A stretch of 64,000 nucleotides of DNA from Candidatus Poseidoniaceae archaeon (GTDB taxonomy: Archaea; Thermoplasmatota; Poseidoniia; Poseidoniales; Poseidoniaceae): assembly GCA_949373095.1 (NCBI GenBank), contig CASIBY010000007.1, positions 20,087-84,086 of the forward strand, written 5' to 3'. A program made the translations under genes and the position numbers. Below the pieces are notes generated by a model. The model was not told the DNA's origin. It saw nothing but the letters and a program-made list of their open reading frames with translations, and made no database searches. Positions 19,871-29,582 of this stretch are shown here, piece by piece. Position 1 is the stretch's first letter. Each line of letters begins with the position of its first letter.

Positions 19871-21299
19871 GATAAATAGTAAGTCCAACTCCGGCCATAA
19901 TCATCATCCAAGAGCCTACCATTTTGATCATGCCCGTAGCTCTTCGCAAGAAGTTAATCATGACTTGGCGGCCCATACCAACCAGCATGGTTACAATCAC
20001 CATGAGAATCAGTAAGCCAGCCATCAATCCTGCCACACCAAAAGCGATTGCAGTAGTGCCGAGTGTGCCCAAAAAGATAACAAACGGGAGAACGGCTGCT
20101 GCCGTACAATCAATTGACGCAGCTGCATATCCAATGCCATAGAGATACATATTACGGCGGGGAGTGAAGGTTTCGTCCATCTCAGTTGTACTGTATTTGT
20201 CAACCCAGTTCTGAACGAATCCCATCACGTGTGATGTCACTCCAAGAAGCATCATTGAACCGAGCACAATGAGAAGAATTGCGACGAATATAGCGATGGT
20301 GTGGATAATACCGGAGGAAGCAAAAAATTCACCCATAATGAGTGCTAGAATTCCAATAAAGCCGAAGAATGTCCACATCCCAAGCCCTGAAAGGATTCCA
20401 ATGTTGAACGAACTTGGCATGCCGGTTTTCAACTTCCCTTGCTCAATTAATTCATCTTCTCTAGCACCGAGTGAAAGATAGTACGAGATGAATCCAGGGA
20501 GCACTGGGAAGGCACATGGGGAAAAGTAAACGAGAATGGACAATACCATCCCGAGGGCGAACACTGCAGCAACCGAAGTGCTGGGTTCTTCCCATCCAAT
20601 TCTTGAATCGAATGTCTCAGTCGTATCTTCAGAAAGTGCCGTCATGAGGGTGCCTTCAAAGGAAGCCCAACCGTCCGCTGGCGTTCCCGTTGGTTGTTGC
20701 TCGATGATGTACCCTTCTTTGTCCAAAATCATGACCACTGGTATTTGTCCTGCACCTTTCGTAGTAAAAAGACGAACAGGGTCAGTTGTTGAGCCGTCTT
20801 CAAGAATGGCTGCCTCAGTTGAACCAAAGCCTGTTGGATACAATGGGACCGTGTACTCTTTCTTGCTCTCATTCATGTACTCAATGGATTCACTATACCA
20901 AGCACCATATGCAAAAATCTTCAGCGACGTGTTGTTTTCGGCTGCAATCGACTGCCATTCGTTCATGTTCTCCTCAAGATGAGCCTGCACGGCGTGACAG
21001 TTGCTGCAATCTCGGGCCATCAAATCCAATATGATGATACTCCCACGATGGTCATCAAGGTTGAACCAACCTGTCTCGTTGGTCAGACCAGCTTCAACAT
21101 CAGAACGGTTGAGAGATTCAAAGACAAGATTTGGAATTGGAGCTGGTTCTGCATCGGATTGAAACAATTCATCCATGCTGTCAAACATGGATAGCGCAGC
21201 GAAGGAAATGGTTACAAACATGACGAGGGCGATTCCAAATGCCTGCCATGTTGTTTTCTCCTTGAAAACGCCGAAATCGACCTGGTCAAGGAACCCCAT
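19833..21299 (-). CDS. Thioredoxin-like domain fused to a CcdA/DsbD-beta transmembrane domain
   Basis: CSNC in a redoxin-like domain; FSPCAFPVLP and ASIDCTA conserved CcdA cysteines. Confidence 0.8.
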   Translation of the reverse strand: MGFLDQVDFGVFKEKTTWQAFGIALVMFVTISFAALSMFDSMDELFQSDAEPAPIPNLVFESLNRSDVEAGLTNETGWFNLDDHRGSIIILDLMARDCSNCHAVQAHLEENMNEWQSIAAENNTSLKIFAYGAWYSESIEYMNESKKEYTVPLYPTGFGSTEAAILEDGSTTDPVRLFTTKGAGQIPVVMILDKEGYIIEQQPTGTPADGWASFEGTLMTALSEDTTETFDSRIGWEEPSTSVAAVFALGMVLSILVYFSPCAFPVLPGFISYYLSLGAREDELIEQGKLKTGMPSSFNIGILSGLGMWTFFGFIGILALIMGEFFASSGIIHTIAIFVAILLIVLGSMMLLGVTSHVMGFVQNWVDKYSTTEMDETFTPRRNMYLYGIGYAAASIDCTAAAVLPFVIFLGTLGTTAIAFGVAGLMAGLLILMVIVTMLVGMGRQVMINFLRRATGMIKMVGSWMMIMAGVGLTIYLTNPQSVGALLG

Positions 21300-21449
21300 G
21301 CCTCATACTAGGCGACGGTCGTTCAATAAAGTAGCCCAAGCCAGTTCTCATTAGTGCTTGTCATATTATTCAAGTTTGAACCATTCCCATTGCTGTAGCG
21401 TCCCGATTCAGGTGGTCTTGAATGGTCCGATACATACTCAGGGGACTCC

Positions 21450-21666
21450 TGGTGGGCTCGGTCGGAATTGAACCGGTGTCAGTGAACAAAACGCTTGGAT
21501 TTGAATTGTTCATGACTGGTTCAATTCGGCCTATGGAATCAGATGGTGGGCTCGGTCGGAATTGAACCGACGTCAGTGAACAAAACGCTTGGATTTGAAT
21601 TGTTCATGGCTGGTTCAATTCGGCCTACGGAATCAGATGGTGGGCTCGGTCGGAATTGAACCGACG
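21450..21666. repeat. 94-bp tandem repeat (2 full units plus the tRNA copy), each unit containing the tRNA-Val 3' end
   Basis: TGGTGGGCTCGGTCGGAATTGAACCG at 21450, 21544 and 21638; the two units differ at 4 positions. Confidence 0.95.
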
Positions 21667-21713
21667 ATCTTCGCCATGTGAAGGCGACGTCATAACCCCT
21701 AGACCACGAGCCC
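21638..21713 (-). tRNA. tRNA-Val(CAC), CCA encoded
   Basis: Reverse complement GGGCTCGTGGTCTAGGGGTTATGACGTCGCCTTCACATGGCGAAGATCGTCGGTTCAATTCCGACCGAGCCCACCA. Confidence 0.95.
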
Positions 21714-21758
21714 TAGGTAATTCTCCGACCCGCCTCACGAATTTAAGCCATACTGTGC

Positions 21759-22844
21759 TCAACGGTGCTGGTTTAGATGGACCACTCCGACTTCGAGTCG
21801 CTCGTGGGTTGGATGGACTTCCACCAGCATCACAGGCACCTCAAGCACCTCAGCCAGTTCCTCTGCGAGCGTAAGGGGCAATTCAATTCGCTGTGTTGTT
21901 CCATCGTAGCGAATCCATCCATCTGCAATCCCTAATTCTTGTTTGAGTTCACTGATGTCATCGTTCGCATCTTGAAGTTCAGCAGGAATGGCTCCAAACA
22001 GAATGGTATCATCATCACTGAGCACTTCGTATGGTCTCAATGTCGCCTGACCACGGCGCTTGAAACGGCTCCTTAACTGACCTGCATCCTTGTATTTTGC
22101 AGTACAGAACTTCAAGTGATACGATTTATCTTCAGCAGCTTCTTTCAGGCGTAGAGCAAGTTCTGCCGAACCTTCAGCCGCAGCGGTAATTCCACCGCTA
22201 AGATTGAATCCTCTTACGTCCATGTTCTCTTGATTGCCGACTGTAATTTCTAATTCATTCAAATTTAGGAATTCTACGGGGACTGTTTCAAGTTCGTCAA
22301 GAAGGGCAAAAAGCCCTTCCTCATTATCGGGCTCACAAGGCAATTCAACACCAACAGTGATGCTATGCAGGCTACATGCTTCCATCGTAGCACGGTATTT
22401 GTCAGTCGTCCCACTCAACAAGTGAAATCGGATTTCATCCAACCCGGCTTCGCCGAAATCCTTTGCACGTAGCGGGTCAAACGGAATTGAAGTGTAGACG
22501 TGGATGTGATGTTCAGGGCCAAATGCGGCCTTCAGTTGTCGGACTGCTTCAAGTGTTTTCTCCAAATCAAGCATCGGGTCACCTCCAGTAATTCCTGTAC
22601 CCGTCGCTTTCATTGCATGGCCTTCCTCAATGACTTCATCCCAACTTGTACATCGGCGCTCATTTGCAAACATGTCTGGAGTCTCACGACGGTTTTCGGA
22701 AAGTGGGCAGTAATCGCAACCCCAATGGCACTTTCCTGTGACAAAGAGAACCAATTTACTACCTTGTTGACATTGAATGCAACCCTCTGCTTCACCGTCT
22801 TCTGCGGGTAGAATCTCGGTAGCCATAGGTAAATTTCGCATCAT
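21759..22844 (-). CDS. Uncharacterised archaeal radical SAM protein
   Basis: CHWGCDYC (CxxxCxxC), upstream GCIQC, TGGDP; ATGA coupling to pdxT. Confidence 0.85.
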   Translation of the reverse strand: MMRNLPMATEILPAEDGEAEGCIQCQQGSKLVLFVTGKCHWGCDYCPLSENRRETPDMFANERRCTSWDEVIEEGHAMKATGTGITGGDPMLDLEKTLEAVRQLKAAFGPEHHIHVYTSIPFDPLRAKDFGEAGLDEIRFHLLSGTTDKYRATMEACSLHSITVGVELPCEPDNEEGLFALLDELETVPVEFLNLNELEITVGNQENMDVRGFNLSGGITAAAEGSAELALRLKEAAEDKSYHLKFCTAKYKDAGQLRSRFKRRGQATLRPYEVLSDDDTILFGAIPAELQDANDDISELKQELGIADGWIRYDGTTQRIELPLTLAEELAEVLEVPVMLVEVHPTHERLEVGVVHLNQHR

Positions 22845-23536
22845 TCCGCCCCCTTGGTATATTGTGCCTGAGAGAGCAGCCACCGATGAAACCGTCGGTC
22901 CAAAGTCAATTCAGGATGGAATGTCAGACCCAACCGCATACCGTCAAGGACTCCAACGATTTCATCACCAAGCATTGCAACTGGGGTACAGGAAATCTCC
23001 TCGGCTACGAACCTCGGCGCTCGGATGAACACTCCCGGGAATCCTTCATCCGTGGATGATGCTGCTTGCGATTGCATTTCCAATGGCTGATGAGCAAAAA
23101 TATCACGATCTGCAGGAGCAACATCAAAGACATCGCCCGAAGGAGTTTCAAGCGTCACATCGACCGTTGATTCAAACGATTGACGTTGACGACCCCAACC
23201 ATTTCGATTGATTGAGGCTTGCAAAAATGGTGTTCGTTCGTCACCAGGTGAAGCCATTAAAATCGCCCCTGCACAGGTACCCAAAACAGGTCGCTCCGGA
23301 TGGGCATTCATCCAATCAAAGAGTGATTCTAAAAGCGATTCATGTTGACTAGCAACTCGCATAGTTGTGGATTCTCCTCCGGGTAAAATCAACGCGTCCA
23401 AATCCGAATTAACATGCGATGCACGACGGCATTCGACGATGTTCAAGTCAAGACCCAGCTCACCTGCAGCACCGCGTAATGCTTCCGCATGCTCATGTCG
23501 AGCGCCTTGAAGCATGGCCAAGCCAACACTGAGCAT
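22841..23536 (-). CDS. pdxT: PLP synthase glutaminase subunit
   Basis: LQG, PGGESTT, GTCAG, FIRAP and FHPE motifs. Confidence 0.92.
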   Translation of the reverse strand: MLSVGLAMLQGARHEHAEALRGAAGELGLDLNIVECRRASHVNSDLDALILPGGESTTMRVASQHESLLESLFDWMNAHPERPVLGTCAGAILMASPGDERTPFLQASINRNGWGRQRQSFESTVDVTLETPSGDVFDVAPADRDIFAHQPLEMQSQAASSTDEGFPGVFIRAPRFVAEEISCTPVAMLGDEIVGVLDGMRLGLTFHPELTLDRRFHRWLLSQAQYTKGAE

Positions 23537-23646
23537 GGTTGCCCCTAACACCTCTTCCCTATCAGTCCAACGCTTGGTGTTGAAACCTAGACATGAGTGG
23601 TGGGTGTTCAATTGACTTCAAGAACCGTCATGCCTGCCAACGAATC

Positions 23647-24831
23647 ATGTCCCACAGTGGAGACTGCTTTCTTGTCCCCGGCCCGGTACGAATGAATGAT
23701 GCTTGTTTGCAAGCCATGGCTACACCCGTGATGACTGCTCGTGGGCCGGAATTCCGACAGGTGATGGCAAGTTTGAATTCTGGTCTCCGCTATGCGTTTA
23801 ACCTAAGTCCGTCCGTTCCGGAAATGAAGAATCAATCGTGGACTGGTGAAGACGGCTACAAGGTTGTCGTCGTATCTGGAAGCGGAACTGCAGCGATGGA
23901 AATGGTGATCGCAAATCGCTTTCGACAAAACGACTTGGTTCTCGTCCCTACCAACGGAAAATTCGGAGAACGTGTAGCGCAAATTTGTGAACAATTCTGT
24001 AATGTCAAACACCTCAAATACGAATGGGGGCGCTCCTTTGACCTATACGAATTAGAACAACAATTGGAACGTAAATGCTACGAAGCGGTCTTGATTTGTC
24101 ACAACGAAACCAGCACGGGAATCACCCAAGATGCTGCTGCGATCGCAGAAATGTGTGCACGCCATGAAACATCGTTCATTCTGGACGGAATCACATCTGT
24201 CGGAGGAATGCCGGTTCACCCAGCAGAATGGAAGGCAGAAGCAGTGGTAATGGGAGCACAGAAATGCACGGCGGGGCCTTCGGGAATTGCGGCAATTGCA
24301 GTCAGTCCACACTGCGTAGAACGCATGAACGCGATTCATGCTCAAAACGATAACAACCCTCGGTATTACCTTGACATGATGTCGGCTCTCAAGAAAGGGG
24401 ACGACGACCAAACACCTTGGACTCCTGCAATTAACCTGGCCATGGGTTGGTCGGCATCTCTTGGAACCCTGAAGGAAGAAACTAACGAAGCCCGCTGGAA
24501 CCGTTGTGCAAGTTTAGCAAAAGGAGTTCGGAATTTATTTACTGACTTGGGCTTTGTTCTTCTTGCTGATGAAGGACAGCGTAGCGATACCGTCACTGCA
24601 ATCATGTATCCAGAAGGGATTGACGACTCGTGGCGCTCCGCACTCAAGGACAAGTACGATACGCAAGTCATAGGCGCTCAGGACCATCTTAAGGGCAAGA
24701 TGTTTCGTGTCGGCTCAATGGGTGAAACTCCAGTTGAAGAAATGGTTGAAGGTTGTATCCGAATGCTTGCATGTTTTGAGGAACTCGGACTAGAACTTCC
24801 AGAAGTTGATGTGAAATCCTATTTCCAGTGA
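23647..24831 (+). CDS. Class V aminotransferase (alanine-glyoxylate/serine-pyruvate family)
   Basis: PGPV, GSGTAAME, HNETSTG, AQK PLP lysine, TPWTPA, FRVGSMG. Confidence 0.88.
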   Translation: MSHSGDCFLVPGPVRMNDACLQAMATPVMTARGPEFRQVMASLNSGLRYAFNLSPSVPEMKNQSWTGEDGYKVVVVSGSGTAAMEMVIANRFRQNDLVLVPTNGKFGERVAQICEQFCNVKHLKYEWGRSFDLYELEQQLERKCYEAVLICHNETSTGITQDAAAIAEMCARHETSFILDGITSVGGMPVHPAEWKAEAVVMGAQKCTAGPSGIAAIAVSPHCVERMNAIHAQNDNNPRYYLDMMSALKKGDDDQTPWTPAINLAMGWSASLGTLKEETNEARWNRCASLAKGVRNLFTDLGFVLLADEGQRSDTVTAIMYPEGIDDSWRSALKDKYDTQVIGAQDHLKGKMFRVGSMGETPVEEMVEGCIRMLACFEELGLELPEVDVKSYFQ

Positions 24832-24840
24832 GGGGACGTA

Positions 24841-25392
24841 ATGACACGGTGCATCGTATTGGGACGGTTTCAGCCGTTCCATCTTGGACATGCATCCCTC
24901 GTCAAAGCCGCAGCAGAACATGCTGGTAATGATGGGGAATTGATCCTAGCCATAGGTTCGGCCCAAGCCGAATGGGAAGCGAGGAATCCATGGACCTTTG
25001 CCGAGCGGGAGGCGATGATTCGCTCTTGGGCGGAAGCGGAGAATGTCGCCCTGGAAGTGGTTGGCATCGAGGACATCAACGACCCCCAAAATTGGGTGAA
25101 GCATGCCACAGCCATACACGGAGATGGAGTGTTGGTCACCTCAGATGAACCAACTGCTGTTCTCTATGAAGCGAGTGGATGGAATGTTGAACGGGTCGAT
25201 TTGTCCCAACGTGAAGCGCTGGAAGGTTGGAGAGTTCGTCAAACGATACGCATGCTCTCAACAGTTTTTGAGGACGACGCTGCTCGTGAAGTTCTGAAAA
25301 CAAGTGTCCCACAACCGATCATTGAATGGTTGATAGAAAACGATGCGATGTTCCGCTGCTCTACATTTGGCACTGGCGTGCATGCAGGATAA
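24841..25392 (+). CDS. nadM: Nicotinamide-nucleotide adenylyltransferase
   Basis: GRFQPFHLGH, IGSAQ and NPWTFAER. Confidence 0.85.
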   Translation: MTRCIVLGRFQPFHLGHASLVKAAAEHAGNDGELILAIGSAQAEWEARNPWTFAEREAMIRSWAEAENVALEVVGIEDINDPQNWVKHATAIHGDGVLVTSDEPTAVLYEASGWNVERVDLSQREALEGWRVRQTIRMLSTVFEDDAAREVLKTSVPQPIIEWLIENDAMFRCSTFGTGVHAG

Positions 25393-25393
25393 T

Positions 25394-25978
25394 TCAATCT
25401 GAAGCAACGACAACTCGGGCTGCAAGAATGACCTTGGATTTGTACAGGTAGCCCTGTTCTAAAACATCAACAACGGTACCGGTAGGAAACTGTTCGGAAG
25501 AAGGGATGGTCGTAATCGCTTCCATTTTGGCTGGGTCGAAAGAGGCGTTCTTTGCATCGATAACGACAACACCGTCCGATTGTAGTTCATGCCACATTTT
25601 GTTTCGTAGTAATCGCAAACCCTGTGCAATTGGGCTCTCATCATCGGCTTCAATACCCACCATGGCACGGTCAACATCACCAAGAATGGTCAACATTCTC
25701 CGAGCAAGACCCATTCCGCCGTATTGAATCAATTCTGCTTTTTCACCCATCATCCGCTTGCGAACATTCTGAATTTCTGCATCCTTGTAGGCAATTTCTT
25801 TCTCGGCAAACTCAGCACGCTCAAGGGCTACTTCCAAAGGGTCACGCTCTTCTTCAACCTCAATCTCAAGCTCTTCTTCTGCTAAAGGCTCGGAAATCTC
25901 CTCTTCCACTGCTGGTGGAATTTGTGCTTCCACTTCGGTTTCCTCGACAGGTGATTCATCAGATGATTCGTCGGACAT
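25394..25978 (-). CDS. grpE: Nucleotide exchange factor GrpE
   Basis: Acidic N-terminus, AEIQNVRKR, FDPAKMEA and GYLYKSKVILAARVVV. Confidence 0.88.
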   Translation of the reverse strand: MSDESSDESPVEETEVEAQIPPAVEEEISEPLAEEELEIEVEEERDPLEVALERAEFAEKEIAYKDAEIQNVRKRMMGEKAELIQYGGMGLARRMLTILGDVDRAMVGIEADDESPIAQGLRLLRNKMWHELQSDGVVVIDAKNASFDPAKMEAITTIPSSEQFPTGTVVDVLEQGYLYKSKVILAARVVVASD

Positions 25979-26016
25979 CAGTTGCCGGTCCCGCGCATGG
26001 ATTTTGAACCCCACGC

Positions 26017-26700
26017 TTAGGATGAATGAAGATAGGACGAGAGATTCCATTCTCCATAGCCCCATTTGGTAGCCTCAAGATGTTCTCGTCCCAGAACCCA
26101 TTCCAAATCCTCCTCAATAGCCGCACGGTTCACTGCGTAGACGAGTGATTTCGATGCCCGGCTGTGTGCCTGGAATGTTGGAACGATTTTCGGGTCGTCT
26201 TTTTCATCAATCGATTCACCGAGGGCTTTCCTTCGCCCCATCCAATTCAAGACCACACGGTCAGCATATTCTTCAGCCGCTATACCTTTGAGATTAGCAT
26301 GAACCTTATCCCAAACCTGTTGAGTATAGAGTTCGTGAATGTCCCCCACTTCATTTCGCAAGGCTTCCTCAAGATAGAGAAACGCCCGGCCTTCCCAGAC
26401 TTCCCATTGACCTGGACTTGCCCACTTCATGAGCAAAAGTAGGCCTTCTTCACCGTCTTGACATGACAAGAGTGCGTCCCGGACAGAATCGTCTTCCCCA
26501 ACATCTTGCTCGTCCATCCAGTCCAAGAGTTCAGCCTCTGCATCAATAGCAAAGCTGTTGGTCAACTGATGGTCCTGCTCCGGCCGTCGGTCACGAAAAG
26601 AGCCAGCAGCCATTCCTGTTGCGAGTTCAGCCCAAGAGCAATTCATAAGTAAATCAAGTGTTGGGGTGTGGACGAGAAGTCCAATCATCTCAAGCCCCAT
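26017..26700 (-). CDS. Hypothetical protein
   Basis: 227-aa ORF with globular composition; no recognisable motif. Confidence 0.7.
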   Translation of the reverse strand: MGLEMIGLLVHTPTLDLLMNCSWAELATGMAAGSFRDRRPEQDHQLTNSFAIDAEAELLDWMDEQDVGEDDSVRDALLSCQDGEEGLLLLMKWASPGQWEVWEGRAFLYLEEALRNEVGDIHELYTQQVWDKVHANLKGIAAEEYADRVVLNWMGRRKALGESIDEKDDPKIVPTFQAHSRASKSLVYAVNRAAIEEDLEWVLGREHLEATKWGYGEWNLSSYLHSS

Positions 26701-26801
26701 GGGTTTGTGGAAACAACGGTCTCGTTTGAGGCCATCGCTTCATACATTCCAAGGGAGATGAGTTCGGAAAGTGCTTTGTATGCTGAACACATGGTACAAC
26801 C

Positions 26802-28340
26802 ATGCGCAGAATTCTTACGATACTCTTTTGCCTATCGCTGCTAAGCCTTCCAATGAATGCAAATGCACAAGTTTCTGGCGCTGCTGTATCCCTTGAATGC
26901 TCAGAAACTTACATGCCAACCGACCCCCTTGCTGGAGGAAACGAATCCTTTGAGTGTATCGTATCAAACCCAACAACATACACTGAAAACATCAGTATAG
27001 GAGTTACTGGCGACGGGCTTGAAGTTGACGCTCCAGCCTATCTCAACGTCTCTGCGGGCGGAAATGTAACCTTCAATGTCAGTGTCGCATGGGATGCTGG
27101 AGTTGACCCTGATTCAGTACGCACCATTACAACCACTGCAAGTGTAACTGCAATGAACGAAGTTCCGCCACCCAATTCTGCATCATCATCAGTCAATACA
27201 TTGTTTGACTTTGGACACAACTATTCCGCTAATGGATGCACTACTGAGGCTACTACGACCGCAGAATACATTCAATTCCAAATGGGCAACAATCTTGGAA
27301 GCCTCACATTTGAACTGAATCACTCTGCTGCCCCAATCCATGCAGAGAACTTCGCCCTCCTAAGCCTCATGGGTTGTTATGATGACACAATCTTCCACCG
27401 AGTTATTGATAATTTCATGATTCAAGGCGGCGATTTCACCAACTACGATGGCACAGGAGGACATGCTGCATCATGGCAAGGATTCTGTAACGGCCAGGTC
27501 TCCAATAACTCCTCGTGCAGTGGAAGCGGCTCGGATGCTTGGACCATTCCAGACGAAGCAAATAATGGATTGATTCATTCGCCTTATGTGCTTTCAATGG
27601 CCAAGATGAGTGCCCCAAATACTGGTGGCTCTCAATTCTTTATTGTTGATGATTCTTCACAAAATCATTTGGATGGCACACACACTGTATTTGGCAAAGT
27701 TGTTGATGGCACATCTGTAGTCGATTCAATCAGCGCAATGACCACTGGACAATACGGCCGGCCTGTCGTGGATGTTGTGATTGAGCGAGCAATTGTCGTA
27801 TCCGGTGTAGATTTTGACTCGGACTCTGATGGTATTAACAACGAGGCAGACAATTGCCCCGATGATGCAAATCCAAACCAAGAAGACTTTGACAACGATA
27901 ACATGGGGGACGCTTGCGATGATGACAACGACAACGATTTGGTGAACAATTCTGATGATGCATTCCCATTTGATGTCACTGAGCAATCTGACTTTGACGG
28001 TGACGGAACTGGTGATAACGCAGACGCTGATGATGATAACGACGGATTAAACGACACTGATGACGCTTTTGACAACGACGCCAATGAAACCACAGATACT
28101 GATGAAGACGGTATCGGAAACAATGCTGATGCAGACGACGATGGTGACGGGATAGTAGATGAAAGCGACAATTGTCCACTGGTAGCAAATGCTGACCAAG
28201 CCGACGCAGACAACGACGGAATCGGTTCAGCATGTGACGCTGACGAGGTTGAAGACGAAACCCCAGCCGTGCCAGCCCTCGGTCTTGCTGCGACAGGGAT
28301 GGTCGTTCTCTTAGCCAGCATTATTGCACGACGAGATTGA
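26802..28340 (+). CDS. Secreted, membrane-anchored cyclophilin-type PPIase with TSP3 Ca-binding repeats
   Basis: Signal peptide; FHRVIDNFMIQGGD, GSQFFI and HTVFGKV; DNCP/DxDxDG repeats; C-terminal TM helix followed by RRD. Confidence 0.88.
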   Translation: MRRILTILFCLSLLSLPMNANAQVSGAAVSLECSETYMPTDPLAGGNESFECIVSNPTTYTENISIGVTGDGLEVDAPAYLNVSAGGNVTFNVSVAWDAGVDPDSVRTITTTASVTAMNEVPPPNSASSSVNTLFDFGHNYSANGCTTEATTTAEYIQFQMGNNLGSLTFELNHSAAPIHAENFALLSLMGCYDDTIFHRVIDNFMIQGGDFTNYDGTGGHAASWQGFCNGQVSNNSSCSGSGSDAWTIPDEANNGLIHSPYVLSMAKMSAPNTGGSQFFIVDDSSQNHLDGTHTVFGKVVDGTSVVDSISAMTTGQYGRPVVDVVIERAIVVSGVDFDSDSDGINNEADNCPDDANPNQEDFDNDNMGDACDDDNDNDLVNNSDDAFPFDVTEQSDFDGDGTGDNADADDDNDGLNDTDDAFDNDANETTDTDEDGIGNNADADDDGDGIVDESDNCPLVANADQADADNDGIGSACDADEVEDETPAVPALGLAATGMVVLLASIIARRD

Positions 28341-28421
28341 GTCCATCGGCCCGTTGAAGAGCCTTTTTTGTAAGAGCCTTCAAGAACGACGTGCTGAACC
28401 CCGAAGCAGGAGGGTCTTGTC

Positions 28422-29537
28422 TTGGCGACGATTAAGGAGCAAATCGAGTTAATTCGCGTCGAGATCGATAAGACCCAGAAAAACAAAGCCACAAACGCCC
28501 ACATTGGGAAGTTAAAGGCAAAGATCGCCCAACTCAAACTAAAGGAAGAGAAGGTCGCTGCACACTCAAAAGCAAGCGGCGGCGGTAAAGGATTTGAAAT
28601 TCGCAAATCCGGTGACGCTACTGTTGCTCTGGTTGGATTTCCTTCAGTGGGTAAATCGACCCTCATTTCTAAGGTCACGGATGCACACTCTGAAACCGGT
28701 GGCTACGCCTTTACCACGCTCACATGTATTCCCGGAGTGATGGAACATCGTGGAGCTAAAATCCAGATTCTGGACTTGCCTGGACTCATCAAGGGGGCAG
28801 CCGAAGGAAAGGGACGTGGAAGAGAAATTCTCAATGTCATCCGGAGTGCAGACATGGTGCTGTATATCGTTGACCCGTTCCAAGACGGGCACTTTGATGT
28901 TCTTCACAGAGAACTACACAATGCTGGACTTCGCTTGAACGAAGAGAAGCCGCCGATTTTCATTAAGCGAACCGACCGAGGTGGAGTTGAAATCCGCAGT
29001 ACAGTTGAACAAACCCACCTGACGAATGAGGAAATGGCCGACATCATCCGTTCCTTTGGATACACATCCGCTCTAGTCACACTTCGTGAAGATTCTACTG
29101 CTGAACAAATCGTTGACTGTCTAGCAGGAAATCGTATTTACGAAACTGCGGTTATTGCCATTAACAAAATTGACATCGCTACCGACCATGATATCGCAAG
29201 AACACGAGCAGCCTTACCCCATGATTGGCCCGTGATGAACATTTCAGCATTCAAAGACATTGGATTAGAGGAAATGAAAGATTTCATCTATAATAATCTT
29301 GGATTTATGCGAGTCTACCTCAAGCCACAAGGGCAAGATGCTGACATGGAAGACCCCCTCATAGTCAAGGATGATTCTACAGTTCAAAACATCTGTATCA
29401 AACTCCACCGTGATTTCGTGAGGAAGTTCCGATTCGCACGAATTCGTGGACCAAGTGCTAAATTTGACGACCAACGGGTAGGCCTAGACCATCAACTCAA
29501 GGATGGAGATGTCCTGACTATCGTTGTCAAGCGCTGA
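28422..29537 (+). CDS. DRG/OBG-family GTPase with TGS domain
   Basis: KNKATNAH, GFPSVGKS, FTTL, DLPG, NKID and C-terminal TGS. Confidence 0.92.
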   Translation: MATIKEQIELIRVEIDKTQKNKATNAHIGKLKAKIAQLKLKEEKVAAHSKASGGGKGFEIRKSGDATVALVGFPSVGKSTLISKVTDAHSETGGYAFTTLTCIPGVMEHRGAKIQILDLPGLIKGAAEGKGRGREILNVIRSADMVLYIVDPFQDGHFDVLHRELHNAGLRLNEEKPPIFIKRTDRGGVEIRSTVEQTHLTNEEMADIIRSFGYTSALVTLREDSTAEQIVDCLAGNRIYETAVIAINKIDIATDHDIARTRAALPHDWPVMNISAFKDIGLEEMKDFIYNNLGFMRVYLKPQGQDADMEDPLIVKDDSTVQNICIKLHRDFVRKFRFARIRGPSAKFDDQRVGLDHQLKDGDVLTIVVKR

Positions 29538-29582
29538 GAAGAACATGTGAAGGATAATACCTTTCAGACCTCACGGAGTTTC

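Noticed and set aside
21450-21666. CRISPR array
   Set aside because: The apparent spacers are near-identical to each other, the repeat is a tRNA 3' end, and no cas genes are present.
21300-21713. Integrated provirus or genomic island at tRNA-Val
   Set aside because: No integrase or cargo; the duplicated ends are only 94 bp apart and I saw no distant copy in the window.
27665-28678. 337-aa Ser-rich antisense ORF
   Set aside because: It is the shadow of Asp-rich GAC/GAT codons of the cyclophilin TSP3 repeats and of the DRG gene.
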